From a virus: a stretch of 64,000 nt of DNA. The stretch spans positions 1-64,000 of IMG/VR virus record IMGVR_UViG_3300032607_000303. One strand, given 5' to 3'. The position numbers and the translations under genes were made by a program. Within the stretch, counting starts at the first letter, position 1; the number at the start of each line of letters is the position of its first letter. The notes under the pieces are model-generated. The model worked only from the letters and a program-made list of their open reading frames with translations, was not told the DNA's origin and made no database searches. This document shows positions 10,497 to 20,675 of this stretch, in pieces.

Positions 10497-10763
10497 ATGA
10501 CACCACTTGACATGCAAGCTGCTTTCAACATAGCTATTATGCTTATAGGAGGTCTTGGTGGGTGGGTTCTAAAATCCCTGTCAGATCAAATTAAAGACCT
10601 TAAATACTCGGATGTGCTGCACTTGGAAAAGATTCAAAAAATTGAAGTTCTAGTAGCTGGTACGTACGTCAAGAATGAAGCTTTAGATAAGCTATCGTCA
10701 TCTTTATTTGCTAAACTTGATCGTATAGAGTCTAAAATAGATGGTAAGCAAGATAAAGTTTAA
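10497..10763 (+). CDS. Putative holin/antiholin (1 TM plus coiled coil)
   Basis: N-terminal TM and KLDRIESKID coil; immediately upstream of the endolysin. Confidence 0.55.
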   Translation: MTPLDMQAAFNIAIMLIGGLGGWVLKSLSDQIKDLKYSDVLHLEKIQKIEVLVAGTYVKNEALDKLSSSLFAKLDRIESKIDGKQDKV

Positions 10764-10774
10764 AGGAAAATAAC

Positions 10775-11428
10775 ATGAAAGAAATTCAACAAACAAAAGT
10801 AGGCCAAGATGTCATTGACAGAGCTATTGCATGGACTAATAGACAATCATCACAACCTATTGTATCAGACGTAAAGCTTTGTGACAATGAGGTAGCTGTG
10901 CGTATTGCTACAAAGATTATTAAGAATTTTGAGGGTTGTTCTCTAAATGTGTACCCTGACCCAGCTAGTGATCTGTCAATTAAGCTAAGTGAGCATGACG
11001 TTCTTGCTAAATACATTGCAGGCAACCTAGAGTTACCCCCATACCTTGACGAGCTAAATGGCTCTCCGTGGACACAAGGTTGGGGGGAGACTAAGGGTGT
11101 TGTAAAGGGTGGCCCTAAATGGACTCAGGAACAAGCTGACAGTAAGTTAGCTTTACGTGTCAAAGAGTTTATGCAAGAGGTCTTGACAGCCTCTCCAAAC
11201 CTTGCAGAACAAAGTGCTGAGAAGATTGCTGCTATCACCTCACTAGCTTACAACATTGGCATTACACAATACAATGATAGCACAGCACGTAAGCGTATTG
11301 CTGAAAGTGATTGGAAGGGTGCAGCAGAAGCCATGCAGTGGTTCAATAAGGCTGGTGGGAAGCTGCTGCAAGGGTTAGTCAATAGGCGCAAGATCGAGGC
11401 TGATTTGTTTACGAGTGTACAAGGATAG
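10775..11428 (+). CDS. Endolysin, GH24 lysozyme
   Basis: FEG...YPD...WTQGWG catalytic region, SLAYNIG, GLVNRRKIE. Confidence 0.9.
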   Translation: MKEIQQTKVGQDVIDRAIAWTNRQSSQPIVSDVKLCDNEVAVRIATKIIKNFEGCSLNVYPDPASDLSIKLSEHDVLAKYIAGNLELPPYLDELNGSPWTQGWGETKGVVKGGPKWTQEQADSKLALRVKEFMQEVLTASPNLAEQSAEKIAAITSLAYNIGITQYNDSTARKRIAESDWKGAAEAMQWFNKAGGKLLQGLVNRRKIEADLFTSVQG

Positions 11429-11431
11429 TAT

Positions 11432-11959
11432 ATGGACTGGAAATCTCTAGTATCTACAATATCGCCTTGGATTGGCGCTGCCATAGGAGGCCCATTGGGT
11501 TCTGTCGCTATCACAGCTGTAGCTGATGCTCTAGGTCTTTCTGATAGCACAGAAGCCTCCATCAAACAAGCCTTGTCTAGTGCTACACCTGAGCAACTAC
11601 TAGCACTAAAAACAGCCGACCAAACATTCTCATTGCGTATGCAAGAGTTGGGGTTTGCTAACCTGAAAGATATGGAAGCACTGGCAGCTAATGACAGGAA
11701 CTCTGCTAGGCAGCGTGAGATGACTGTTAAGGATAACACCCCTAAAATCTTAGCTTACGGTATTACATTTGGATTTTTTAGCTTGCTGTTATTCATGCTA
11801 TTTAATGAAGTGCCTAACGGCTCTAGGGATTTGCTAAATATTTTGATGGGTGCTCTGGCGAGTGCTTGGGCGGGAGTTGTCGCGTATTATTTTGGGTCAT
11901 CTAGTGGAAGCTCTGAGAAAACTAAATTGCTTGCTCAAGCTTCTGCTATTAAAGAATAG
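11432..11959 (+). CDS. Holin-like protein (3-TM, gene-transfer-agent release type)
   Basis: GAAIGGPLG, DRNSARQRE and YYFGSS motifs; follows the lysozyme. Confidence 0.7.
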   Translation: MDWKSLVSTISPWIGAAIGGPLGSVAITAVADALGLSDSTEASIKQALSSATPEQLLALKTADQTFSLRMQELGFANLKDMEALAANDRNSARQREMTVKDNTPKILAYGITFGFFSLLLFMLFNEVPNGSRDLLNILMGALASAWAGVVAYYFGSSSGSSEKTKLLAQASAIKE

Positions 11960-11994
11960 ATTTCCTTCGTAGAGGATGCCTCACACGAGGCTTT

Positions 11995-12030
11995 GCCAGC
12001 GCCCTATTAAGGGTAGCTGGCTTTTTTATT
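11995..12030 (+). terminator. Rho-independent terminator ending the late operon
   Basis: GCCAGC-GCCCT...AGGGT-A-GCTGGC stem followed by TTTTTTATT. Confidence 0.8.
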
Positions 12031-12142
12031 GTCTAATCAGTTGTCGTCACAGACCAATTAGACGTTTAAATTACTAAGACATACAAACAGACAGGAAATC
12101 TATTTGGACGCATTATAGTGCTTATTTGTAACTAGGTAGGTG

Positions 12143-12526
12143 CTATGCAAGCTCCTTAGTTAAGTCTTCAAACAATGTACCTTTGGTAACTACCTTACTT
12201 ACACCGTCTTCCTTATTTCTTGCAATAAAGAAAGCCTTGAGTTCCGCTGGCTTATAAGGGGAATTTTTTGCAGCAGCTTTGCAAGCCAATTTTATATCTG
12301 TCTCCAAGTCTTTAATCTCTTGAAGCAAGTCAGCTTCACGCTCCTCAATCATATTCTTCAGTAGTTCCTGCATATCCTTAATTGCTTGTAGGTGCTTTTG
12401 AACCTCGTCATCGCCATCTTTCCACTCTTTCAGCAATGCTTTCTTTTCATCCAATGCTCGCAGTTTAGGCAGAATCTCACGAGAGTATTCTACGAGGGTT
12501 GTTGCTTGTACGTTTGCTTGTGTCAT
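12143..12526 (-). CDS. Hypothetical coiled-coil protein
   Basis: ORF; likely ATG at 12526 after GGAGAG. Confidence 0.6.
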   Translation of the reverse strand: MTQANVQATTLVEYSREILPKLRALDEKKALLKEWKDGDDEVQKHLQAIKDMQELLKNMIEEREADLLQEIKDLETDIKLACKAAAKNSPYKPAELKAFFIARNKEDGVSKVVTKGTLFEDLTKELA

Positions 12527-12562
12527 GTTTCTCTCCAATAATTTATAAAATGTTTGTTACGT

Positions 12563-12754
12563 TTAAGCCAGCCAGCCAAGGATGCCGCCAAAAGGTGCTA
12601 CAAAGATTCCTAGAATCTGTAACGCCCCTATCACGGACATTGTAGCTAGTGTCTCATTAGACTCAATTACGTTCATAAGATTTATAACCCATCCTACGCA
12701 AAATACAACAATCACTGCTAGGTAGGCTAGTGCAGCTAAAGCTTTAAATTTCAT
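12563..12754 (-). CDS. Small membrane protein
   Basis: AGGAG RBS, two TM segments. Confidence 0.6.
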   Translation of the reverse strand: MKFKALAALAYLAVIVVFCVGWVINLMNVIESNETLATMSVIGALQILGIFVAPFGGILGWLA

Positions 12755-12807
12755 ATTTTCTCCTGTATATAAGACCGTACCAAGTACGGTCTTATGGTTG
12801 TTAAAGC

Positions 12808-13884
12808 TTAAATCTCAATAATACTGTCACCCAAGTCATCACTGATAATGTTAAGAGAGTAGTTTGCACTATCAGCCTCTTGCTGTGCATTCTGGTTCTT
12901 GTTCAAGTCTAGCCAATTATCCATATATTTCAAAGGAGACTTGTCAACTTTAACAGGTGGTGTGAATAGCAATGTCTCATACACAACCTGAGCATTGTAG
13001 TCAATCCACTCTCGCATAAGAGGCTCATTTAATCCAACTACTTTACGACCTTCTGAGAACAAATAAGAGCACCAAGTGTACTCAGCATTAACTACCGAGT
13101 CAATAAGTTTCTTTACTTTAGTGCTGTTATTTTTAAGCCAATCTTTGCCTTGAGTAGTACCTAGCTCAATCTCAATAGCAACCCTATCAACTTCAGAGTG
13201 GATGAAACGCTCGTCTTGCATAATTTTCTGAACAAGCTTACCAATACCTTGAAAGTACCCTTGCTCTACGACAGCAAACGTAGCAGCAAACGAAGCCACA
13301 AATTGTAGACGCTCAAGACAGTAGAGAGCTACAAGTCCCATCATAACAAGAGGATAGGCGTCTTCTTTAGACATATCTCCGATAGTGTACATAGCACCTG
13401 CTTTTTGCAAGTTACCAAAGGCATTACCTACAGGCTCCATCCGGCCTAGAATATTGGCGTTATTCAAAACCTCTTTAAAAACTTCTTGAGGGTCTGGAAT
13501 ACACTGGCGAACAATCTCAGAGTAGGTAAGTGCGTGCAATACTTCAATCTCTGAGTTCTTTAGCAGTGCTGCCCATAGCTCGCTGTTTGTTACGAATGGA
13601 GCAAAGCAGGGTGCGATTGCTCGTGCTGCTACAGAGTCTAGCTCCCATTGTAGCGCAAGATTCTTAACCATAATATCTTTTGTGTCTTGTGGGCACGTAA
13701 GCATATCAAGGCGTGATTGCTCCAAGCTAATCTCATCCTCACTCCAATCTGAACTCTTTTGCTGCTTATAGAGTTGGAACAGTTTTGGGTAAGTTACATT
13801 GATACTGTCATATAGTGCTGGACTTTCCCCTAGAAACAGTGGGTACTTTCCTTGTTGCCATGTTGTGTTGTTTTTGTTGAACAT
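12808..13884 (-). CDS. nrdB: Ribonucleotide reductase class Ia beta subunit
   Basis: W..DEISL, ELDSV, EVLHALTY, ERLQF..SF and QDERFIH diiron/tyrosyl motifs. Confidence 0.95.
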   Translation of the reverse strand: MFNKNNTTWQQGKYPLFLGESPALYDSINVTYPKLFQLYKQQKSSDWSEDEISLEQSRLDMLTCPQDTKDIMVKNLALQWELDSVAARAIAPCFAPFVTNSELWAALLKNSEIEVLHALTYSEIVRQCIPDPQEVFKEVLNNANILGRMEPVGNAFGNLQKAGAMYTIGDMSKEDAYPLVMMGLVALYCLERLQFVASFAATFAVVEQGYFQGIGKLVQKIMQDERFIHSEVDRVAIEIELGTTQGKDWLKNNSTKVKKLIDSVVNAEYTWCSYLFSEGRKVVGLNEPLMREWIDYNAQVVYETLLFTPPVKVDKSPLKYMDNWLDLNKNQNAQQEADSANYSLNIISDDLGDSIIEI

Positions 13885-13891
13885 ATACTTC

Positions 13892-14293
13892 CTAAAGTGT
13901 ACAGCCGCCAGATGAGCAGCCTTTTTCTTCTACCTCGGACAAAGCGTGTCCTGACGCACTGTTACTGTAATACTTACTCTTGATACCGCATTTTACACGA
14001 TAGAGCCATTCAGAAAACAATTCTTTTGCGCTAATTTTACGAGGCTTATCGTCATCAAATCTGCGATAGTAGTCTGCGCTAATACCTTGACCACAGAATT
14101 TCTGAAAGATGGCATACATATCTGTCATATCTTTCATTGGTACATCCCAAGCAATTTGGTATGAGTCTTTTACTTCTTCCAGATCAGGAGCAATAAACAC
14201 TGTCTTGTTACTTCCTGATGTTTTAATAACCACATAGTCACGAATCGGGTAAATACTGTTAGTTGTATTTCCTGCAATACTACTACTTTCTAC
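13892..14293 (-). CDS. nrdA: nrdA exon 2
   Basis: Reads VESSSIAGNTTNSIYP...CGQGISA...KSKYY...GCSSGGCTL, with the YY pair and C-terminal redox cysteines. Confidence 0.92.
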   Translation of the reverse strand, partial: VESSSIAGNTTNSIYPIRDYVVIKTSGSNKTVFIAPDLEEVKDSYQIAWDVPMKDMTDMYAIFQKFCGQGISADYYRRFDDDKPRKISAKELFSEWLYRVKCGIKSKYYSNSASGHALSEVEEKGCSSGGCTL

Positions 14294-15503
14294 CGTTGTG
14301 TTCAGGACAGTTCGTTATGCTATCCCCGCTTTATTCAAGCTGCTGTATATTTCTATACAGACCAGACCATATCTTAATCTCGTGTGAGATTCTTAGCACT
14401 TCCACTCACTTGAGTGTACTCCATTTCTGGATGGTCGTTGAACCTTCTAGTGCCAATAGAACAGATTTTACAATAGAGTCAGTGTGAGGTATCCTTAAAA
14501 TACTTTTACCTTCTGACTCAGCTAAGACATTTTTTATCTTGTCTCTATTAGTAATAGCAAAAAGACTTGCACCATCTTCTAAGACATGTTGAATACCATC
14601 ATACTCTATAAAAATATTATAATCTGGTAAATAAAAATCAAAGAACGATCCTTTTACAAAATATTCCCTTATAAACTTTACCCCAAGGTCATTAAGTAAA
14701 ATTGCTAAATACTCTTCGTAAACCGATTTAGCTGAACCAAAACAATGCTTACACTTTCCACCTCTGTTTTTTAATGTCTGAAATTTTTCTGTAGTTTTAT
14801 GGCCACATTTTAAGCACTCAAATTCTGAAAATTTTGAACTGTTTATAAATGTAGAGGTTAGTCGATGCTCGCCAAACGGCATCTGCTTTAATTCTTCCTC
14901 TACAGACTCAACAGTCTTCCACGAACCGTAACCCTCTGAGTGCTCTGGGCATTTACTACCATTTACTACTGTGTTTCCGGTGTATCTAGTAAGAATACAG
15001 CCACATGCTAATTTTATTTCTATTAGCGACCTATCTCCGTACCCGTTATTTGCACTTATCAATTCAATATTATGTAAAGAAAGTTGTTGTTGCAATATTT
15101 CTTTAGTCCTAGTAAATAAACTTGGGCTACAAGACGGGCAGCTGATTATTTTGTTGTGGATTACATTCCCAACTGATCTTCTAAAAATAGTACCACATAC
15201 ATGTGCAAAGTATAATTCACTATCTTTGCCTTCGTATGTTTGATTTTCAACTAATTTTAGTGTATTTTCAGAAACTACAGAAACTCTTTCAGAAACTATT
15301 TCTACTGTTAATTTTTTACCCATATTTCTCCCTTTTAGTGAAGTCCTATAGGCACTAGCTTGGCTGCTGATTGTCCAATCTTCTGATTTTTAAGCATTCA
15401 CGCTCACCATTACTGGTCACGTTGTAGCTCAGAAGCTCTAAGGAGTTTCCAGCAATTCACAAAGTTTTTGCATCACTGTCACCAGTAAGCAGCCCATTTA
15501 TTT
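14294..15503 (-). mobile_element. Group I intron (1210 nt) in nrdA
   Basis: Exon ends CCU; P1 GCCU/GGGC with U.G pair; core motifs GAATTGCTGGAAA, AATCAGCAGCC, GAAGGTTCAACGACCATC and AAGATATGGTCT; terminal G at 14294; splicing restores MP|VESSS in frame. Confidence 0.93.
14406..15323 (-). CDS. Intron-encoded homing endonuclease, Zn-ribbon repeats plus Vsr/EDxHD (DUF559-like) nuclease
   Basis: CxxC repeats; C-terminal FDFYLPDYNIFIEYDGIQH...ILRIP; 3' end overlaps the intron core. Confidence 0.85.
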   Translation of the reverse strand: MGKKLTVEIVSERVSVVSENTLKLVENQTYEGKDSELYFAHVCGTIFRRSVGNVIHNKIISCPSCSPSLFTRTKEILQQQLSLHNIELISANNGYGDRSLIEIKLACGCILTRYTGNTVVNGSKCPEHSEGYGSWKTVESVEEELKQMPFGEHRLTSTFINSSKFSEFECLKCGHKTTEKFQTLKNRGGKCKHCFGSAKSVYEEYLAILLNDLGVKFIREYFVKGSFFDFYLPDYNIFIEYDGIQHVLEDGASLFAITNRDKIKNVLAESEGKSILRIPHTDSIVKSVLLALEGSTTIQKWSTLK

Positions 15504-17747
15504 AGGCATGAAAGCTTCTAGCACACTGTTACGCATACCAAACTCTTTAATCTCTTTACGCAAAGCTTCCCAATCATACATAAGCTTTTGCGGAGTTATA
15601 TTGTCTACTTCTTTACAGTATGTGTCAATAAGCAACCAACCATCTGAATATTTAGTTTTGTGAAACCACTCACATTTACCACGTTCTTTTGCCAAGCGCA
15701 CACTAGCTTTATGCAGAAAATAAGAGTGACGCTCTGCAACACGGTGTAGGTATGCTTTACTCATAAAACTCGTATAGTCAAAACCCCTCTGCGCTAAATC
15801 ATTAGCCAAATTTGTAATACCAACCCCTGCTGAACGTCTAGCATTAGATGTATATTTTAAATTAGGGAAAGGGTATTCCATAAGACTAATAACATTGTCC
15901 ACCATCTTCAATGCTCTGTAAGCCACTTCCTCATACTCTGAGTCTTTAACACGACCTACTACAATTGCTGCTAGATTACACAGACCAATCTCCCCACCTA
16001 CCTCACCCTCTACGTAAAGGTCTTCTACCGACCGATACCCTTTGGTTGGCAAGCCAATCTCTTGACAATTACCAGTTAGGATACCATTAAATATTCCCAT
16101 TCCACGTTTAGACTCCGTAAAGCAGTACGTGTCATCAGTTCTACCATCGTCAAATACACAATACACAATATCTGAATAAGTCTCACTGCTGTTAGGCAAA
16201 CTCCAATTAATCAAGCAGTCTCCACACAGTAGCTCAGAGGATGTTACTTGGCGAACAGTAAAATCTTCTTTGTTTTGAATATAGAATTTGTGTTGCTCTG
16301 TGCAACTAAGGTTAATACCTGATTGAAACTCTACACGAAGTAGCTTTCTTTTATTTCCAGTTTTACGTACAACTACATTAGACCATTCTTCACCATTCCA
16401 AATATCTACAGTAACATCACAAAGATCAGAAATATTTTTGTAACCTTTAAGAGTTAAAATTTTAGTCTCTGGTGCTACGCATAAGTTAGAAGAATAAATG
16501 ACATCCTTGAACGGAGTATGACGATTCATTTCCTGAATGTTATGCTCATACATGCGACCTGTTTCTTCTTGCACTCTCAAAAACTCTAGTACAAGCTTAC
16601 GGGCACTTACATACTCTCGCTTACCGTCTGATACTTCGTACTCATTGTACGCTTCTTCAAAGCCTGACGCAGAATACAATGCCTCATGCAGCTTAGGTGA
16701 AGTTTTATAGCTTACAAGCATCCATTGCTCATTGTTTGCTGCCTTCTTAGCCAGCAAAGGAGTATATCCAAAGCTATAGTCAATCCCGCCAATTTTGTTC
16801 TTAGCTACCGTCGTTGGGTGACGTAAACGCAGCAAAGTGAACACTTCAGGGTCTAGGCAGTTAAAGTGGATTGTAGCTGCTCCGCCTCTGCCACCTTGTA
16901 GGTTAGCGTGTACCGAGGCTTCTGTAGCACGATAGTAGGGAAGCTTTCCAGCATGTTTGATAGTGTTATTACGAACCCCATCGCCTTTGCTGCGCGTTTG
17001 TATAAAGCCACCAATCCCTGCACTAGCACATGTCATTGTATAAGCAATGTGATCGCCTGCTGCCAAACTCTTAGCATTGTCATTGCTCTTAAACACAGCA
17101 CAAGATGCGTAATTCATTTTGGGAGTTCCAAGATTTACAATGTTCGGCGTAGGAGCATTGATACGTCCTTCACTAAAATCTTTGTAGTAGCTCTCAACCT
17201 CTTTCATACGACTATTTCTAGGCTCATTAACGCATACACCTAAAGCCATGCGCAGCCATACAAATTGTGGGGATTCCAATACAATATTCTTTTCAACATC
17301 ACGAATAGAATATTTAGACGTAATCTGATGAACAACAGAATGAATGCTATTTAAGTCCTTTGTGTGATTAATAATTGTTTCAGCTACAGCTAGGTCTTCT
17401 GTTGAGTAGCCCATGTTAGACCACAGACCTTTACTGACCATGCTACTGTACATTGCAACAACTGTAGGGATTTTCTCATGCCCACCAAATGCTTGTTTGT
17501 AGATATCACCGATAAGCAAACGACCAGCCATCTTGAGGTGTGCTGTGTCTTCTTTCTCTGAGCAAGCCTGAATCATAGAGTTCTGCAAGTCTTGCGTTGT
17601 GCATTCGTCAGGGCATCTCTTGTATGCATCTCCTGCAATAGCAAACCAGTCTGCTCCTACAACTCCTGCCCACTCAGCCCAACGTGTCAATTTATTAGCA
17701 TCGAAATTAACAACATCTCCGTTACGCTTCTTAATATTAGAAATCAT
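15504..17747 (-). CDS. nrdA: nrdA exon 1 (ATP-cone; contains an intein)
   Basis: IKKRNG ATP-cone, PTP..NLGT, ASC, SNLC[intein]QEI and LCNL motifs. Confidence 0.95.
16068..16481 (-). mobile_element. Mini-intein (138 aa) at the NrdA catalytic cysteine
   Basis: Starts CVAPET, block B CTEQHKF, ends GILTGN followed by C(+1)QEI; no endonuclease domain. Confidence 0.92.
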
Positions 17748-17750
17748 CTA

Positions 17751-18290
17751 CTACCCTTTGCTTTGCTTAAACCACAATTTGTAATCTTCTTTGCACTTTA
17801 AAGACCCACCATCTGTAAAGTATGGGCCACGAATACTCTCACACATCGCTGCCATACACCACAAATTCTGTTCTTTAGAATGCCACTCAGGTTCTAGTTG
17901 ATTGTCTGGCATACCTTCCTTAATATTTTCATCGCTGTCAAGACCACCGTAGGCTCTAGACAATCCTGTAAGCATTCCTAATTCTTCTGTCAAGCTAATA
18001 TCCGTATAAGCTGTCATTACAAGACGGTCAGCCAGACTTGCATAAGGCCCGTTACGGAAATTAGCATCACAACGTACATCACCGCACACACGAAAACTTG
18101 TGACAACTTTATTTTGCATGTTGCGATGTGTGCTAGGGACGTAAGCATAGCCATAATATTCATCTAAACCAAACATACGAAGATATTTTAACATAATATC
18201 CTCATTGCTTGGGCACAGCATATCACGCTCAGACATGTGAGACAAACAATCAATTAGCTTTAAGTCTGTCAAAGAGATACTAAAACTCAT
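17751..18290 (-). CDS. Hypothetical protein
   Basis: 179-aa ORF with GGGAG RBS, within the operon. Confidence 0.65.
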   Translation of the reverse strand: MSFSISLTDLKLIDCLSHMSERDMLCPSNEDIMLKYLRMFGLDEYYGYAYVPSTHRNMQNKVVTSFRVCGDVRCDANFRNGPYASLADRLVMTAYTDISLTEELGMLTGLSRAYGGLDSDENIKEGMPDNQLEPEWHSKEQNLWCMAAMCESIRGPYFTDGGSLKCKEDYKLWFKQSKG

Positions 18291-18471
18291 ACGTATCTCC
18301 CGACATACCTTTGTATGGGCTTGTTGTATCTTTGCTCATTGCATCAATGACGCCCCGCAGCTTGCACAAGTGGGAAGCCATCGGAGGCTCTTTGTAGTCG
18401 TGGATCAAGCGCTTGTGAAGCCATGTCAGGAACTGTACATCTGTTAGTGTTGCGTTGTTTGTTGCGTTCAT
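18280..18471 (-). CDS. Hypothetical protein
   Basis: GGAGG RBS, coupled to the upstream gene. Confidence 0.55.
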   Translation of the reverse strand: MNATNNATLTDVQFLTWLHKRLIHDYKEPPMASHLCKLRGVIDAMSKDTTSPYKGMSGDTYEF

Positions 18472-18935
18472 TACATACCTCCCTTAAAGAAGTGGTCAGG
18501 GATAAGATTGCTAATATCAACACTTTTAAAATTTGATGGTTTACGTATCTTACCATTAGAGTCTGTGATTACAAATACTTTATGTTCTTCGTTAAATGTT
18601 GCTGTAAACTCAGAATCATATGGTACAGGTTTTCCAATAGGTATGTATTTACTATTATTATTGTCGCATACTTTTTTCAATGCTTCTTCTACATTAAATC
18701 CAGCAGCCTCAAGTTTCTGCATTAGGCCAGCCACTGTAACAAATAGGTCGCAGGCTGCGTCCAACAACTCTACAGAGTCTTTCTGCTCAAAGGCGTCTAC
18801 ACATTCTGCAAATTCTTCCCATATAAACGATATTTGATTGTCTACGCTAAATTCGTCAACGTCGAGTAGGTTGCCAGCCACAGAGTTAAATACTCTTGTG
18901 CTTTCGTACGCTGCTGCAATGCTTTCATTATTCAT
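18471..18935 (-). CDS. MazG/PRA-PH-like NTP pyrophosphohydrolase
   Basis: EEFAE...ELLDAACD, NNSKY and GKIRKP motifs. Confidence 0.8.
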   Translation of the reverse strand: MNNESIAAAYESTRVFNSVAGNLLDVDEFSVDNQISFIWEEFAECVDAFEQKDSVELLDAACDLFVTVAGLMQKLEAAGFNVEEALKKVCDNNNSKYIPIGKPVPYDSEFTATFNEEHKVFVITDSNGKIRKPSNFKSVDISNLIPDHFFKGGM

Positions 18936-18947
18936 ACTATCCTTGTG

Positions 18948-19193
18948 TTATATATTCTGGCTCACCAGCCATTGTTTCAGATTAGGCTCGTGAGATATTT
19001 GGTAGTAATTATTATACACTACCTGCTCACTATAAAGCAACATATCTTCTACACTTATAATACAATCCCCTTCCGGAGTTTGGTCAATGATTGTTGCGAA
19101 GGATACAAGTGGCTGTATAGAAATGCAGCCATTAGAATAGCATGTTAGGGCTAATGGTAGAGAGCCTATTTGGATTGGGTTAGTTGCTTGCAT
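18948..19193 (-). CDS. Hypothetical protein
   Basis: Contiguous ORF in the operon. Confidence 0.5.
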   Translation of the reverse strand: MQATNPIQIGSLPLALTCYSNGCISIQPLVSFATIIDQTPEGDCIISVEDMLLYSEQVVYNNYYQISHEPNLKQWLVSQNI

Positions 19194-19754
19194 CTACAAC
19201 CTTTTCCCGTGGTCTTCAGTGTATCCAGCACCTGCACTGTTTAGCAATTCTACCATTTTTGACCGATACTTGATAGCCATTTCCAATGCGTCTTCGCCAA
19301 ACACCTTTATAGAGAAGGATTTGGTGCTTTGTCTGCCCTCTAGTGTTTGCCAAGACGCTCGCCAGTACATGTTTCCAAGTTTTTCACTGAGGGATACTCC
19401 GACAACACCTGAAGTATTATCAACCCTCTTTTTATGGTTTCGTGAGTTAAAGATAGGTTCTACTGCACGCAGATTACCTATGTTGTTATTCGACCTTACA
19501 CCATCTATGTGGTCAATTTGAAACCCCTCTGGGATATTCCCATTAAATATTTCCCATACGATCCTGTGTACACCAGTCAACCTTCCCTTAAATCGGACAA
19601 TAAAGTATTCGTGTACCTTATTGAACCCTCCTGCCTCGTCGCCAACTGAAACATTTATGTGTGAGCCAGAAGCCCCGCTACAAATCTCTCTATTCCAACG
19701 AAGGCAACTCTTACTACTCTCATCATAAAGAAACCAATCTTTGTATTTCCCCAT
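19194..19754 (-). CDS. HNH homing endonuclease with AP2-like domain
   Basis: HRIVW...IDHIDG..NN...NLR and NTSGVVGV. Confidence 0.9.
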   Translation of the reverse strand: MGKYKDWFLYDESSKSCLRWNREICSGASGSHINVSVGDEAGGFNKVHEYFIVRFKGRLTGVHRIVWEIFNGNIPEGFQIDHIDGVRSNNNIGNLRAVEPIFNSRNHKKRVDNTSGVVGVSLSEKLGNMYWRASWQTLEGRQSTKSFSIKVFGEDALEMAIKYRSKMVELLNSAGAGYTEDHGKRL

Positions 19755-20587
19755 TACAGCACCATAGGGAATAATACTGGGTGGGAGTCGATGATGGCCC
19801 CTACACCTATGATGGGCCGCTTAAGTTGCAACTTGTTGTAAGCCATCGCCAAAGACTTCCCATCAACTAAGCACCCTACTTGCATACTCCAGAATAGGTC
19901 GTTTGGGTTACTCCAATACCCGATATTGAACTCGGAGTGATGATGCTCTTGCACGCAATTCATAGCGTAGCTTTGTGACAACTTAACACCATTTGCACTT
20001 TTTCCATGTGTGAAGTAACAACTCTGCCCATTCGGAAGAACAATCGTCATATCGTCATGCCAGCGCCAACCTTTGTCCACACCAAGAATATCTCCGTAGT
20101 CTTTTATATATGCCCGAGGGATGCCCGCTGTCATGGATTTCCGTAGGTGCAAACTTCCATGATTACTTTCAAGAATGTCCATTTGTGGAAATAGCTTGAA
20201 CAACTTGGCTATAACTTTCTTAGCCGCATGTAATTCATCTCCGGCAGAAGGCATGTCTGGGTTGTGCTCATGATAGGATTGCGCTGCGGCATCAACCTCG
20301 TCACCAACAGAGATAATTCTTGTAAACTTGTGCTTGTTATGGAGTTCTTCCAAAAAATTAATTGCATTAGGGTGGCACCAAGGAGCGTGTAGGTCACTTA
20401 TCACCAAGATTCTGGAGTTATCATGTACAACAGTCTCTACAGGTTCCTTAAACGCCTCATACTTACGCAAAAAGTCCGACACAGAACTCTTTGGAACCTT
20501 CAATACTTTGCTAATACCTCTCCAAGAAATTGCACCTGTGTTATTCAGACTAATGGCAGACTCTTCCCAGCTTTTAACAATACTCAT
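19754..20587 (-). CDS. Calcineurin-like metallophosphoesterase with N-terminal HTH
   Basis: SDLH, GDEVD, SNH, THG and HxH motifs. Confidence 0.85.
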   Translation of the reverse strand: MSIVKSWEESAISLNNTGAISWRGISKVLKVPKSSVSDFLRKYEAFKEPVETVVHDNSRILVISDLHAPWCHPNAINFLEELHNKHKFTRIISVGDEVDAAAQSYHEHNPDMPSAGDELHAAKKVIAKLFKLFPQMDILESNHGSLHLRKSMTAGIPRAYIKDYGDILGVDKGWRWHDDMTIVLPNGQSCYFTHGKSANGVKLSQSYAMNCVQEHHHSEFNIGYWSNPNDLFWSMQVGCLVDGKSLAMAYNKLQLKRPIIGVGAIIDSHPVLFPMVL

Positions 20588-20675
20588 ATCTCTCCTAAAT
20601 TACTATAAATTGAAAGCCCGAAGGCTTCCTATGATTCCTATGATTGCTAAGCTACTCTAATGTATCTAATAGCTA

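Noticed and set aside
15498-15503. nrdA pseudogene or stop-codon recoding at TAA
   Set aside because: The stop lies inside the group I intron P1 loop, and splicing restores the frame
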